Below, piece after piece: positions 11,824 to 25,456 of a stretch of DNA of 64,000 nucleotides. The stretch is from Octopus sinensis. Taxonomy: Eukaryota. Where the stretch lies: NCBI RefSeq assembly GCF_006345805.1, contig NC_043024.1, positions 15,066,001-15,130,000 on the forward strand. The letters run 5' to 3'. Both the position numbers and the translations under genes were made by a program. Each line of letters opens with the position of its first letter. Within the stretch, counting starts at the first letter, position 1. Below the pieces are notes generated by a model. That model was not told where the DNA came from, made no database searches, and saw only the letters and a list, made by a program, of their open reading frames with translations.

Positions 11824-12154
11824 ACTAGCATTATGACCCGTCGTTACTACATATAATTCAATTGTTATTATTATCTCTAATTTTTATTGTTAAAGTAAAA
11901 GTATCTGACATAAAATAGAGAAATGTTTTTGTTTCACTTTTAACACGTAATACTGAAATAGCAGAGAAGATATGATATTGCTGTGGGGTCACCCTACGCA
12001 AGAAGTTGAACATTTTTTTGCCGATGACACTCCCCGGACCCTAAGTAAGGCATGTGTAAAATTTGAATGAAATTGGTTGTGTAGTTCTCAAGTTTTAGGG
12101 AAACACACAGACAGACAGACAAACACACATTCTCAGTTTTATATATATAGAGAT
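11824..12154 (-). mobile_element. Non-autonomous Helitron-like element
   Basis: actag at the left end; (acag)n and ttttatatatatagagat at the right end; same architecture as 1252-1657. Confidence 0.55.
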
Positions 12155-12336
12155 TACTGTCATCATCATGATAATCATGATGATGATCATCATCATTTAA
12201 TGTCCACTTTCCTTGCTGGCATGGGTTGGACAGTTTGGTATGAGTTGGCTAGGCAGAAGACTGCACCAAGCTTCAGTGTCTGTTTTGTCATGGTTTTTCT
12301 GTGTGTATGTGTATATATATACTCTCTCTCTCTTTT

Positions 12337-12582
12337 TACTCCTTTACTTGTTTCAGTCATTTGACTGTGGCCATGCTAGAGCACCGCCTTTAGTCGAGCA
12401 AATCGACCCCAGGACTTATTCTTTGGAAACCTAGTACTTATTCTATCGGTCTCTTTTGCCAAACCGCTAAGTTATGGGGATGTAAACACACCAGCATCGG
12501 TTGTCAAGCGATGTTGGGGGGGGACAAACACAGACACACAAACATATACACACACACATACATATGTGTATATATATATATG

Positions 12583-12638
<56 letters not shown>

Positions 12639-12814
12639 ATATATACATACATATATATAACGGGCTTCTTTCAGTTTCCATCTACCAATCCACTCACAAA
12701 GCTTTAGTCGACCCGAGGCTGTAGTAGAAGACACTTGCCCAAGGTCACGCACAGTGGAACTGAACCCGGAACCATGTGGTTTGTAAGCAAGCTACTTACC
12801 ACACAGCCACTCCT
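12337..12814 (-). mobile_element. SINE family A
   Basis: Same organisation, with an expanded internal (TA)n. Confidence 0.85.
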
Positions 12815-13706
12815 ATGTATATATATATATATAGATAGATAGATAATAGATATAGATATAAATATACATATCTTTCTCTCTCTCTTGCCAGTGCTGCCTA
12901 ACTGGCTCCCATGCTGGTGGCATGTAAAAAGTACCATTCAAGTGTGGTCAATGCCAGTACCACCTGACTGACCATCGTGCCGGCGGCATGTAAAAAGCAC
13001 CCACTACACTCTCGGAGTGGTTTGCATTAGGAAGGGCATCCAGCTGCAGAAACCTTGCCAGATCAGATCGGAGCCTGGTACAGTCTTCTAGCTTGCCAGT
13101 CCTCAGGCAGACCGTCCAATCCATGCCAACATAGAAGGCAGACATTAAATGATGATGACGACGATGACGACGATGATGATGATGATGATGATGATGATAT
13201 ATATTATTTTTTGGGGGGCACTGCCTTGAAAAAATTTTTTTTTGCTAAGCCTAGAACTCATTCTATCTGTTTTGTTTTGCTGAACCACTAAGTTATGGGG
13301 ACATAAACATACCAACACTGATTGTCAAGTGGTGGTTGTGGATGAACACAGACACATACACACACATGCACCTTCATCCAGGCAGCCCGCTCTGATATCC
13401 TCTTTTTCCCCTTTTACTTGTTTCAGTCATTTGACTGTGGCCATGCCGGAGCACCGCCTTTAGTCGAGCAAATTGATCCCAGGGCTTATTCTTTGTAAGC
13501 CTAGTACTCATTCTATCGGTCTCTTTTGCCGAACTGCTAAGTTACGGGGATGTAAACACACCAACATCGTTGTCAAGCAATGTTGTGGGGACAAACACAG
13601 ACAGACAAATACATACATAAATATCATAAATATATATATATATGTATATATATGTATATATATGTATGTATATATATATATTATATATATATATAGTATG
13701 TATGTA

Positions 13707-13800
<94 letters not shown>

Positions 13801-13802
<2 letters not shown>

Positions 13803-14077
13803 GGAGTAAACACATAAATGTGAAACAAGGTGGAAAAAAGAGTACTCAAATACCAGTGGTAGAGTAATATGCTTTATTTTAAGCAGCAGAAAATTCAACA
13901 AAATCTGTTACTCTGAGTTTCTCGTTGCCGTTCATCAGACAGTTTTTGCTAGAATGGAACTGATATATCAATTCAATCTATACTCTTACAAACGCTACAC
14001 CTTTAAAAAGAAATGGACTTGTTGATTGGCTCTTTAGAAAAAAACGGTCAATTTCGAGCGATAAACAAAAAGGTCAA
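13801..14077 (-). mobile_element. P1 Penelope-like pLTR with hammerhead motif (about 13900-13949, minus strand)
   Basis: Reverse complement reads ctagcaaaaactgtCTGATGAacggcaacgaGAAActcagagTAacagatttt; flanked by (TA)n. Confidence 0.7.
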
Positions 14078-14740
14078 AATATATGTATATATATATATAT
14101 ATAAAAAACTTATAAAAATTATAAAATCCGAGGAAAAAACCTATTGACGTTAATGAAGACAGTGCAAATTAATGCATAGAAATTAAACCTGTTATAAATA
14201 CTGCAATACATATTTATATTAAAATCTACATATATATATCAACATACACAAAAGGATGCGCGTAAACGCCATGCATACATATACAGATGTATGAATATAA
14301 ATCTAAATATACACATAAAAGCATGTGTACATATATTCACGCAAACCGTCTCGCACGCAAGCTACAAATACACACGTACTCAAACACACACACACAGACA
14401 CACATTGACACACACATGCAAACACATACACACAAATACACACGTGCTCAAACACACAGACACACACACACACATACAAACATACACACACAAACACACA
14501 AACACACAGACAAACACACACACACTAGAGCATTACCTGTCATATGATGGGTCACATTCTATTACTAGCAAATGTCTGATTCATTCATCTAATTATATAT
14601 ATATGTAGAAAATAATATTTATCTCATGACAAGTGACAAGTTTAATGCATTGAAATTGAGAGCTAGAATGGCAAGTGCATTAATTAATATTTGACAGAAA
14701 TGAAGTTAATCACCTCCTTTACTGTGGCCATTTAAGGTGA

Positions 14741-15322
14741 TTATTACCTCTGTCTTAACGAAGGCGGAGGTATTGTTTTTAGTAGTGTTTGTTTGTTTGT
14801 CTGTGGACAAGATATCTTGAGAGCTGCTGAATGGATTCGAATGAAACTTACAAGAATGTTTGGTCTCATGACTGGCATGAACTGATTAAATTTTGGGATC
14901 GATCTGGTACCGGACAAGGATTCTGGATTATTTTCCTGTTTTTTTACTTAATTTTTGAGAGCGGTTGGGCTCATTTTTAGTATTCTCGTTTGTGAGAGAG
15001 GTCGAGTTTATTTCTGATATTCTTATTTTAAAAATTACGAAGATGTACTTGCATAGCAAGTGACCTGATCTGAGATTGTGTGCTAGAATGAAAACAATTG
15101 CAGCATGGAAGGTGTTTATAAGCCATTTAAGAAACACACAAAAACCGTTAGATTCACTTCAACATTTAAATTTAATTTGTCAAAATATTTTCATCGCTTT
15201 GAGACCGCAACCTATTCACTGACAAAATTCCGTGCTGCATTTTAAAAATAATCTCTGGCTAATGGTTGAGAGGACATTGGTGCTGTCTTGGCAAAGTTTT
15301 GCGCTCTCTGAGTGCTCTGGTT
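14741..15322 (+). mobile_element. Helentron-associated (HINE/DINE-like) non-autonomous element with a nested repeat
   Basis: 5' ttattacctctg...ggcggaggt sub-terminal inverted repeat, (tttg)n, and 3' ttggcaaag plus gcgctctctgagtgc hairpin and ctggtt. Confidence 0.55.
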
Positions 15323-15711
15323 ATAACTACTTTTAAAATGTTGAGTGTAACGACATTCTTGGAAGTATTGCAAATATTTTATCAATATTAAATTAGCATT
15401 TAAACTGGCTATATCAGACCAAGATATTCTGTTAGTTCTACGTTCAAACTGACCAGATCCAGCCTTTCACACCCACCCTACATTGTCATTCTAATAAATA
15501 ACCAATCATATTGCCAAGATCTTGAAGCCACAAGATGTGTACTTAATATGAGAAATAGAGTGATTGTGTTTTTTATTGCCAGGCAAAATTTTAATGATTA
15601 TGGGATATTTGTAGAGTTTTTAATAATGCCATGTACAGGACTTGGATTAAAACTATGTTAGCATTCTGGTCAGTTATATGCTGTAACTGCTCAACGATAT
15701 ATACATATATA

Positions 15712-16092
15712 GTTGTGCTGTTGGCACGTAAAAGCACCATCCGCTCGTGTCCGTTGCCAGCCTCGCCTGGCCCCCGTGCCGGTAGCACGTAAAAGCACCA
15801 TCCGTTCGTGTCTGTTGCCAGCCTCGCTTGGCCCCCGTGCCGGTGGCACATAAAAACACCATCCGTTCGTGGCCGTTTGCCAGCTCTGTCTGGCACCTGT
15901 GCGGGTGGCACGTAAAAAGCACCCACTACACTCACGGAGTGGTTGGCGTTAGGAAGGGCATCCAGCCATAGAAACACTGCCAAATCTGACTGGGCCTGAT
16001 GAAGCCTTCCGGCTTCACAGACCCCAGTTAAAACCGTCCAACCCATGCTAGCATGGAAAACGGACGCTAAATGATGATGATGATGATGATGA
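15712..16092 (+). mobile_element. RTE LINE 3'UTR fragment with ~59-bp tandem units
   Basis: Same 3'UTR and (GAT)n tail. Others at 3280-3440, 5671-6052 (-), 7050-7182, 12165-12300 (-), 12885-13198, 42945-43292, 43328-43667 and 47660-48085 (-). Confidence 0.8.
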
Positions 16093-16533
16093 TTGTTAAG
16101 GCAGTGAGCTGGCAGAAATGTTAGCACGCTGGGCAAAATGCTGGAAAGTTTTAGAGATTTGTACAGTTCCAGTGATGGATTGGATCTGTAGTGTTTGAAT
16201 TAGCTCTCTCCTTTTTGATTTTGAGAAGCCTAATTTCTCAAGATTGGTATTTATGCAGTATGTTACATATCTCAGGGCCCCAATAATTACAGGTATAAAC
16301 TTGACTTAGTAATCTGGATAGATTATGTATGTGTGTGTGTATGTATTTGCACGTGTGTGTGTGCGCGTTCAAACCACATATATATATACATAATCACAAT
16401 AAGCAACAAGAATGACTCCGGTAGTTTGGTACAATCATTTTGTACTACATCATTTTATTAAAAGTTGTAATCTAAATTTTTGAATCTAAATTTTTGCTGA
16501 ACTTATAAATATATATATATATATATATATTAT

Positions 16534-16705
16534 TATATAGAAGGAGCTTCTACAGACTAGAATGTTTTCATTCAAAAGAAATCATCAGGAAGCTGATGAT
16601 TTCTTTTGAATGAAACAATTCTAGTCCTGTAGAAGCTCCTTCTATATAATAAATTAATTTACTCTGCTATGTATTGAGTACCTTATTTACTGTGGTTAAC
16701 CCCGA
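16534..16705 (+). mobile_element. Fold-back Penelope-like element (family P2) with CTGATGA...GAAA...GTA motifs on both strands
   Basis: ~55-bp arms around gaag (16589-16592). Plus strand: CTGATGA tttc tttt gaat GAAA caattctagtcctG TA gaag. Inserted in (TA)n. Confidence 0.6.
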
Positions 16706-16770
16706 CTCAACCCGGGACCTACATATATATATATATATTATATATAATATATTATTGATTCTTTTATTTT

Positions 16771-16961
16771 TTTACTTGTTTCAGTCATTTGACTGTGGCC
16801 ATGCTGGGGCACCACCTTTAGTCAAGCAAATTAAACTCTGGACTTATTCTTTGTAAGCTTAGTTCTATCAGTCTCTTTTGCCGAACTGCTAAGTTATGTG
16901 GATGTAAACACACCAACATTGGTTGTTAAGCGACGTTGGGGGGACAAATACAGGCACACAA

Positions 16962-17031
<70 letters not shown>

Positions 17032-17375
17032 GATGGGCTTTTTTCATTTCCCGTCTACCAAATCCACTCACAAGGCTTTGGTTGGCCCAAGGCTATAGTA
17101 GAAGACACTTGCCCACGGTGCCATGCAGTGGGACTGAACCAAGAACCATGTGGTTGGTAAGCAAGCTACTTACCACACAGCCAATCCTGCGCCTATATGT
17201 ATATATATATATATATATATAACACATGATGGGCTTCTTTCAGTTTCCATCTACCAAATCCACTCACAAGGCTTTTGTCGGCCCGAGGTTATAGTAGAAG
17301 ACACTTGCCCAAGGTGCCATTCAGTAGGACTGAACCCAGAATCCTGTGGCTGGTAAGCAAGCTATTTACCACATG
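16771..17375 (-). mobile_element. SINE family A, full copy plus an adjacent extra 5' half
   Basis: 16771-17194 is complete; 17225-17375 repeats the head. Confidence 0.8.
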
Positions 17376-18400
17376 ACCAATATCTTTATTTACATTTATA
17401 TGTATGCATATGTGGACATGCAGAAGATATGGATCCTAAATACATGTGCAGGTATGCATGTAGCAATACATGTGTATGATCATGTGACATGCATGCATGT
17501 CTTTGTCTCCTCTTTCTCTTGCTCCCCCATCCACTCCACAGGTATTTCATACCTGTTAATCATTTGACATCGCACAAGCAATAAAACACAGAAGAGTCTT
17601 TAAAGTGATGAAGGAAAGTCCTCCAGCCACGCCCTCTCCTCCTCTCACGCTCTTGGAGTTTACTGACAGACCAAGCTTGGTGATTAAGTTAATGACTAAT
17701 GATTAATGAGAAGTCAACCATTGAGATATCGGTCTTATGGTTCTGCTACAGGTGTTCTGTGACAGTTAAAGCATCAAGGTGATTGATGGAAGAACGAGCA
17801 AACAATTTTTAGGCAGGTGTTAACACACCTGTTCGTTAATGTGTGTGTGTGTGTGTGTGAGTGTGCTTGTAGGCATGTCTGGGAATGTGTGCGTGTGAGT
17901 GTGTGTGTGTCTGGATTGTATGTGTGTAAGTATGTATGTTCATGAATGTGTGTGTGGGTGCAAGAGTGTGTCTCCATATGTTTATGTGTGTGTGTGTGTG
18001 TGTGTGTTTGTATGTGAGTCTATATATGTGTGAATGTGTGTGTGTGTGAATGTAAAAGTTTGTCTCCATGTGTTTACATGTGTGCGTATGTGTGTGAGCG
18101 TGCATGTGCGTGTGCGTGTGTGCGTGCATCAATGCATGTGATTATGCAAATGAGTTTGTGCACGTGTGTGTGTATGAGTGAGTTTGTATGTGTGAGTGTA
18201 TTTAAGAAAGAGTGTCTGAATATGCATGTGTGTGTGTCTGTTTGTATGTGAGTGTGTGTGTGTGCGAGTCTGTGTGTGTGTATGTGTGCATGTGTGTGAA
18301 TAAGAGTGTCTGTGTATATCTATATGTCTATATAAATGGGCGAGAGCGGTTGTACTTCTATGATTGAGAGAGAGAGAGAGAGAGAGAAAGAAAGAGAGAG

Positions 18401-18461
<61 letters not shown>

Positions 18462-18546
18462 AAGAAAGAGAGAGAAGCTGTGTGTGTGTCTCTGTGTATG
18501 TAACTACATGTGAGAGAGAGACAAAAAGAGATAGAGAAAGAGATAG

Positions 18547-18596
<50 letters not shown>

Positions 18597-18830
18597 TGTG
18601 TGTGTGTATGTGTGTGTGTGTGTACACAAATGTGTGTATGCTAATGTATATTCAAGAAAAATATTGATCTCTTAGAGCTCAACATCAGATTCCAAAATGA
18701 TCAGGCAATAAAGCCTATTAGTAAATTTACATTCTCCCCTAGGGTAGCATAAAAGTGATGGGGTGGATAGAGGCTGCCCAGGGTGGCATTTTTTGTGGTG
18801 GGTACAACACTGTATTTGTTTTTTTTTTTT

Positions 18831-19058
18831 GTTTTACTTGCTTCAGTCGTTTGACTGCGGCCATGCTGGAGCACCACCTTTAGTCGAGCAAATCGACCCC
18901 AGGATTTATTCTTTGTAAGCACAGTACTTATTCTATCGGTCTCTTTTGCCGAACTGCTAAGTGACAGGAACGTAAACACACCAGCATCGGTTGTCGAGCG
19001 ATGTTGGGGGGACAAACACAAGACACACAAACACACACACACACACATATAAGTATAA

Positions 19059-19134
<76 letters not shown>

Positions 19135-19296
19135 TGACAGGCTTCTTTCAGTTTCCGTCTACCAAATCCACTCCAAGGCATTGGTCGGCCCGGGGCTATA
19201 GCAGAAGACACTTGCCCAAGATGCCACACAGTGGGACTGTACCGGGAACCATGTGGTTGGTTAGCAAGCTACTTACCACACAGCCACTTCTGCGCT
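18831..19296 (-). mobile_element. SINE family A
   Basis: Same organisation. Confidence 0.85.
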
Positions 19297-19811
19297 TGTA
19301 TATGTATCCCTCTGTACAAACAGAGCTAGTGCTTCATTTGGCAGGCAACAGGAAAGGCTGTGGGAAAATAGGCATGTTTCTGGATTGGGTTAGATTGCCT
19401 ATGTTTGGTCTACTGTAAGACGAAGCCTCTTCATATTCTCTCCACCAATCACGACCTGATGAGGAGGTAGTGAATTTCAGCTTGAGATCATACTGGTTTG
19501 ATGAGCCTAACTTTGTCCCACTGGCTCAACATGGCATGGCAGGAGGGATGCAGCTTTCTTTACACTTACCCAGGGGTAGTTTAGTCAATTGCATTACCCG
19601 CACCCAGTACTCAACTGGTACTTGTTTTATTGATTCCATAAGAATGAAAGACAAGGTCGACCTCAGCAGAATTTGAACTCAGAACATAAGGCTGGTAGGC
19701 TAATAATTATACCAGTTTACTGCCTTAGGCATGTTTCTAATTGGATCAAATGTAAGGTGGACCAGGCTATAGTGCTTTATTCATTGCTGAACGGAGCTGA
19801 AACCTGGACTG

Positions 19812-21925
19812 TAGGGTGTGTCAATTTTAATAACTTATTAAAAATCTAATTTGGTAGTGAAATTATTGTGCCTTTTTTCTCCCAGACTTGAGATGTATAT
19901 AACAAAATGGATTAAAATAACTCTAACCTACATCAATTTTATCCTAAATCTTCAATATGGTGTTGTTTTGAAACAATAACTGAAAACTTGTATGAAAAAC
20001 GGATTAGACTCAAAATATCACTCTTATATTATCTTTTAATTGGTTAAATGAATCTTATATCATCTTTTAATGGGTTAAATGAATTTTTACACTTTTTATA
20101 TATTCACAAGATGTCAACACTGAAGATGAGAGGCCAGATGTCATCTCACTTGAGCCTGTTAATTGGTACAGGGAAAGAGCTTCCTGTTTTAGAGCTTCCA
20201 ACAGTTAGAGACATTTTAAGACTTGGGTTACTTAGGGAACAAAATTCAAAGGATAGAAGGAACTGTGCAGATAAGGATCTCATACATGATATAATAACCT
20301 ATCTTCTGTGCCAGTGGACAAAAGCTAATGCAAAATTCAGACCACCAGTGATCATACATTTTTGAACAATTGAGCCAAAAACTAATGGGATTGTGGTGGG
20401 AAGCAGTATTTACATCACTTGGTAAAGGAAACTTGGCAATGAAAAATACTTTTCTACACTCACTTGGTACACTGTTCTATATTTTGAGCTGCAAGTGTTC
20501 CATAGTTTTGTGTTTAAAAGGGGATTGTTCTCCCACTGGTAAGAGATGAAATCATCCCCACATTGACTGTTGTTGCCCTTGTGAAAAGAATATACCTTTT
20601 CTAGAGCTAGATTTCATAAGCTCACCGAGGACAAAGGCAGGAGGCTAAAGCAGTATGCAAATGGGCTCAACTGATTACAAAGTAAGAGACAGATTTCTAC
20701 TGGAAAAAGGAAAGGCCTTGCTTGAGAGAGGGAAGAAAAGAAGAGAATGAAGAGTGAAGTCATGCAAAGAGAAGAACTGCAGTGCCATGATGTTTACCAG
20801 TTGTTTGATGGTTCTTCTGAAGAAAATGAAGTAATGTCAGATGAAAATTCTAAGGAATCTTCTGAAGCTATACCAAAGAAAGGAAAATACAATACAAGAG
20901 GCAGTTCAAACATTGCATTAGCTAGTATTCGTCACCATACTAGACTCTGTGAGGCTGCTGAAATTGCAATTTCCGCTTGGATAAATGAATGCCTTATCAG
21001 TCAAAAGGATTCATCCTTGGTTATAGATCCTAATAAACTCAGAAAAGGTAACAAGTGAAGTATCTGATCAGCAAGAATAAGAATTAAAAGGAGGTGTCTC
21101 CTGTCTTTTATTTGATGGAAGAATAGATGAAACCAAAGTTAGGTTTGAAGTAGATGGAATTTCCTGAAAATTTCCAGGTCTAATCAAAGAAGAACGCTAC
21201 ACTGTCTGCTCTGAGCCTGGTGGTCAGTTTTTGTTTTTAAATTTACTCCTGAAGTTGAAGTGGAAGGGAAAACACATGCAGAGGTAATTGCTGATAATAT
21301 TTTCTGTTGGTTCCAAGAGAGAGGGCTTGAAAATTCATTGCAGGCTATTGGTGGGGATTCAACAGCAGTGAATACTGGCTGGAAGGGAAGTATAATGAGT
21401 TATTTAGAGAAAAACTTGAATGAAGACTTATTTGGATTGTATGTGATTTGCATATAGGTGAGCTACCTCTTTGTCACCTCATCTAGGAAATTAATGGTCC
21501 TACAAAATGCAATAATAAATGGTCAGGTCCTCTTGGCAACATGTTGGATGAAGCACACAACTAGAAATAAATGCCAACTTTCTAAAGATTGAAGTTGGCC
21601 CTCCCCATTCCAGTGTTGCCAGAAGAAATTGTCAAAGATCTCAACACAGATCAGTCCTATGCTTATCACATTGCTCAAGCAATAAAATCAGGTGAAGTAC
21701 CTCAGTGATTGGCTCTCTTGGAGATTGGACCTGTTAGTCACAGCCGTTGGTTAACTACAGATCTGCGCTTCTGCAGGATTTTGATTTTCAGATACCAATT
21801 GAAGAGAAAGGCTCTGAAGAATTTGAGATTAATTGTTGAATTTATAGTTGGTGTCTATCTTCCCAATTGGTTTACTATTAAGCTCAATCCAAAATGGGTC
21901 GATGGTCCCAATCCCCTTTTGCTAT
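19812..21925 (+). mobile_element. Degenerate hAT-like (hATm-type) DNA transposon, 3' truncated
   Basis: Broken frames give LPTVRDIL, FDGRIDETK, KEE.YTVCSEPGG, GGDSTAVNTGWKG, WIVCDLHIGELPL, DL.TDQ.Y, IGPVSHSRWLT, VYLPNWF. Candidate left end TAGGGTG at 19812; right TIR not found. Confidence 0.7.
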
Positions 21926-22057
21926 AATTAAATCTATATAATTATATATCAGTATTATATTTACCTAAATATAGTTAACATGCTGGTCACTTGATAATTA
22001 TTAAATTGGTTTTATCCTTCATTAATTAATTAATTAATCAATTATAAATATATATAT

Positions 22058-22140
<83 letters not shown>

Positions 22141-22591
22141 TAAACATGATGCAAAATTCACTCACAAGGCATTGTTGGCCTGGGTCAACAGTAGAAGACG
22201 CTTGACTAAGGTACCACACTTTGGAACTGAACTCAAGACCACTTTATTGCAAAGAGAGTATCTTAATCACATGGCCATGTCTGCTCTGTATAAAATACCT
22301 ATTTTGTCTACAAGACTGTTAAATTTAAATCAAGAGAATTGTATAGAAAAAGCACCACAGGACTTCAAGAGTTAAATGTTTCTCTCTAAAAAAGAATGTT
22401 TCACACAGAGTGCTGTTTTAATGCCATATTTTCTTACGGCACATTACAATTACAGATTTACCCTCTTAACAAAATTGTTCCCATGTGTCTGGTTCTTTGC
22501 CAAAGATAAGTTCCTTGTGCAAAACATTAACCATGCTTCTGTATTGCAACATCAGGAATGGTTGGCATAGGAATCAGGTGGGGGTTTCACA

Positions 22592-22996
22592 TTTACTCTT
22601 TACTTGTTTCAGTCATTTGACTGCGGCCATGCTGGAGCACCTCCTTTAATCGAGCAACTCGACCCCGGGACTTATTCTTTTGTAATCCCAGTACTTATTC
22701 TATCGGTCTCTTTTGCCGAGCCGCTAAGTAACGGGGACATAAACACACCAGCATCGGTTGTCAAGCAATGCTAGGGGACAAACACAGACACACAAACACA
22801 CACATGCACATATATATATATATACATATATACGACGGGCTTCTTTCAGTTTCCGTCTACCAAATCCACTCACAAGGCGTTGGTCGGCCCGAGGCTATAG
22901 TAGAAGACACTTGCCCAAGGTGCCACGCAGTGGGACTGAACCCAGAACCATGTGGTTGGTAGACAAGCTACTTACCACACAGCCACTCCTGCGCCT
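22592..22996 (-). mobile_element. SINE family A
   Basis: Same organisation. Confidence 0.85.
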
Positions 22997-23766
22997 TGGT
23001 AAGTCTTTGACAAGAATAAACTTGGAACTTTGATGTTTATGATACTAAAACATGTCTATTCTTGTTGCATGTTTTTTATATTGGATTCAGCCATTGGAGT
23101 GTGGCCAAACTGGAGCAATGCCCTCAGGAGTTTTGATCAATCAAATTTTGCTTCAGTCTGGTTTTATCAATCATTATTTACCTTTCATTCTTTCAGGATT
23201 GATAAAAGATGATCCCAATGAGCTCTGGGGTTGATGTAAGTGACTTACCCCTCTCCTGAAAATTGCTGGCCTTGTGCTAAAACTTGAAGTCGTTATTTAT
23301 TGGATGGGTTTGTTACCTTTTGAGAGGAAGGGAGATAACTCAGTACATCATTTTACACAGGAATATACAGCCATACAAATGATGTTTTAATGTATGTATT
23401 TTACATATAGTTATATATACATGTGTGTATATTTTTACAAACATTACTTATATACATGTACACAAATATAGTTTTACACATATATGAATATATATATGTA
23501 TATTTTTTACATACGTACATTTATATATAGATATAATAGATATAATAGATATATGTATATATATGTATATATATATTATATATATATGTATATATATATA
23601 TATATATATATAACATATATACATGTACATAAATACATATATACTCTTCCACCCTTTATATATAGATATGATAGATATATGTATAGATATATAGATATAA
23701 TAGATATATGTATATATATATATATATATTATATATATGTATATATATATATATATATATACATAT

Positions 23767-23824
<58 letters not shown>

Positions 23825-23836
23825 CTATATATATAT

Positions 23837-23911
<75 letters not shown>

Positions 23912-23914
23912 TAT

Positions 23915-24625
23915 ACATATATACATGTACATAAATACATATATACTCTCCCACCCTTCCCTATTCTTCTCCCCTCCTCATTACCGTTCCCTCTCTCTCA
24001 CTCTTCCTCATTGACTCTCTCGTTGCTGACACGAGATGAAAGTGAATCTATCTTTCTGCCCATTTCCTTCCTAATGACAACACATGCTTATACTGTCTCC
24101 TCTCATAAACTCATCTTCCTAGTGTTCATAATAATTTTTCCATTGTCTTGGCTTAACAGCTCTCACTGTTTGTTTTTACTGTTTTGTTCTCACTGTCCTG
24201 TTCTTGTTGCCACTTTCACCCTCTGCAAAAAATCCCAAATTTTATTTAATTTGCTTTGCGGGAAGGAGTGTTTCAATGAAGTCGCGTATTGTTCTTGCCT
24301 TCGGAACGTGGAGTAGTTGAAACAGGGACAACTGAAGAAGGGGAATATTCTTTATGTTGCATCTCTCGTTTTCCTGTTTGTTTTTTTTTTGTTGTTCGAA
24401 AAACTGTTTGTTTTCTATGTTTTTGTTTTTATGTTTTCATTTCTCATTGTGTTCAACGTTTTTTTTATGTCCTGTACCCATATATGCTTGTATATATATA
24501 CATATATAGTGGGTATGTGCATATATGTATGTATATATGCATTTATTTATATATTATTATATCATATATGTATGTACACACACACACACACACATATACA
24601 TATATATATATATATATAATTATAT

Positions 24626-24669
<44 letters not shown>

Positions 24670-25336
24670 TATACATATATACATGTACATAAATACATAT
24701 ATACTCTCCCACCCTTCCCTATTCTTCTCCCCTCCTCATTACCGTTCCCTCTCTCTCACTCTCCTCATTGACTCTCTCGTTGCTGACACGAGATGAAAGT
24801 GAATCTATCTTTCTGCCCATTTCCTTCCTAATGACAACACATGCTTATACTGTCTCCTCTCATAAACTCATCTTCCTAGTGTTCATAATAATTTTTCCAT
24901 TGTCTTGGCTTAACAGCTCTCACTGTTTGTTCTCACTGTCCTGTTCTTGTTGCCACTTTCACCCTCTGCAAAAAGTCCCAAATTTTATTTAATTTGCTTT
25001 GCGGGAAGGAGTGTTTCAATGAAGTCGCATATTGTTCTTGCCTTCGGAACGTGGAGTAGTTGAAACAGGGACAACTGAAGAAGGGGAATATTCTTTATGT
25101 TGCATCTCTCGTTTTCCTGTTTGTTTTTTTTTTGTTGTTCGAAAAACTGTTTGTTTTCTATGTTTTTGTTTTTATGTTTTCATTTCTCATTGTGTTCAAC
25201 GTTTTTTTTATGTCCTGTACCCATATATGCTTGTATATATACATATATATGTGGGTATGTGCATATATGTATGTATATATGCATTTATTTATATATTATT
25301 TATATCATATATGTATGTACACACACACACACACAC

Positions 25337-25413
<77 letters not shown>

Positions 25414-25440
25414 GTATATATATACATACATAAATAAATA
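23915..25440. repeat. ~758-bp tandem duplication bounded by (TA)n
   Basis: 23953 corresponds to 24711; the copies differ by a ~14-bp indel and a few substitutions. Confidence 0.85.
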
Positions 25441-25456
25441 TATATATATATATTAT

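Noticed and set aside
24296-24345. Possible type II hammerhead in family P6 (ccttc-GGAA...CTGAAGA-agggg; also about 55630-55680 on the minus strand)
   Set aside because: Stems I and III could not be paired consistently across copies.
23448-25437. Many YIYIYI-type ORFs here and throughout the window
   Set aside because: Translations of (TA)n, (CA)n and (GATA)n tracts.
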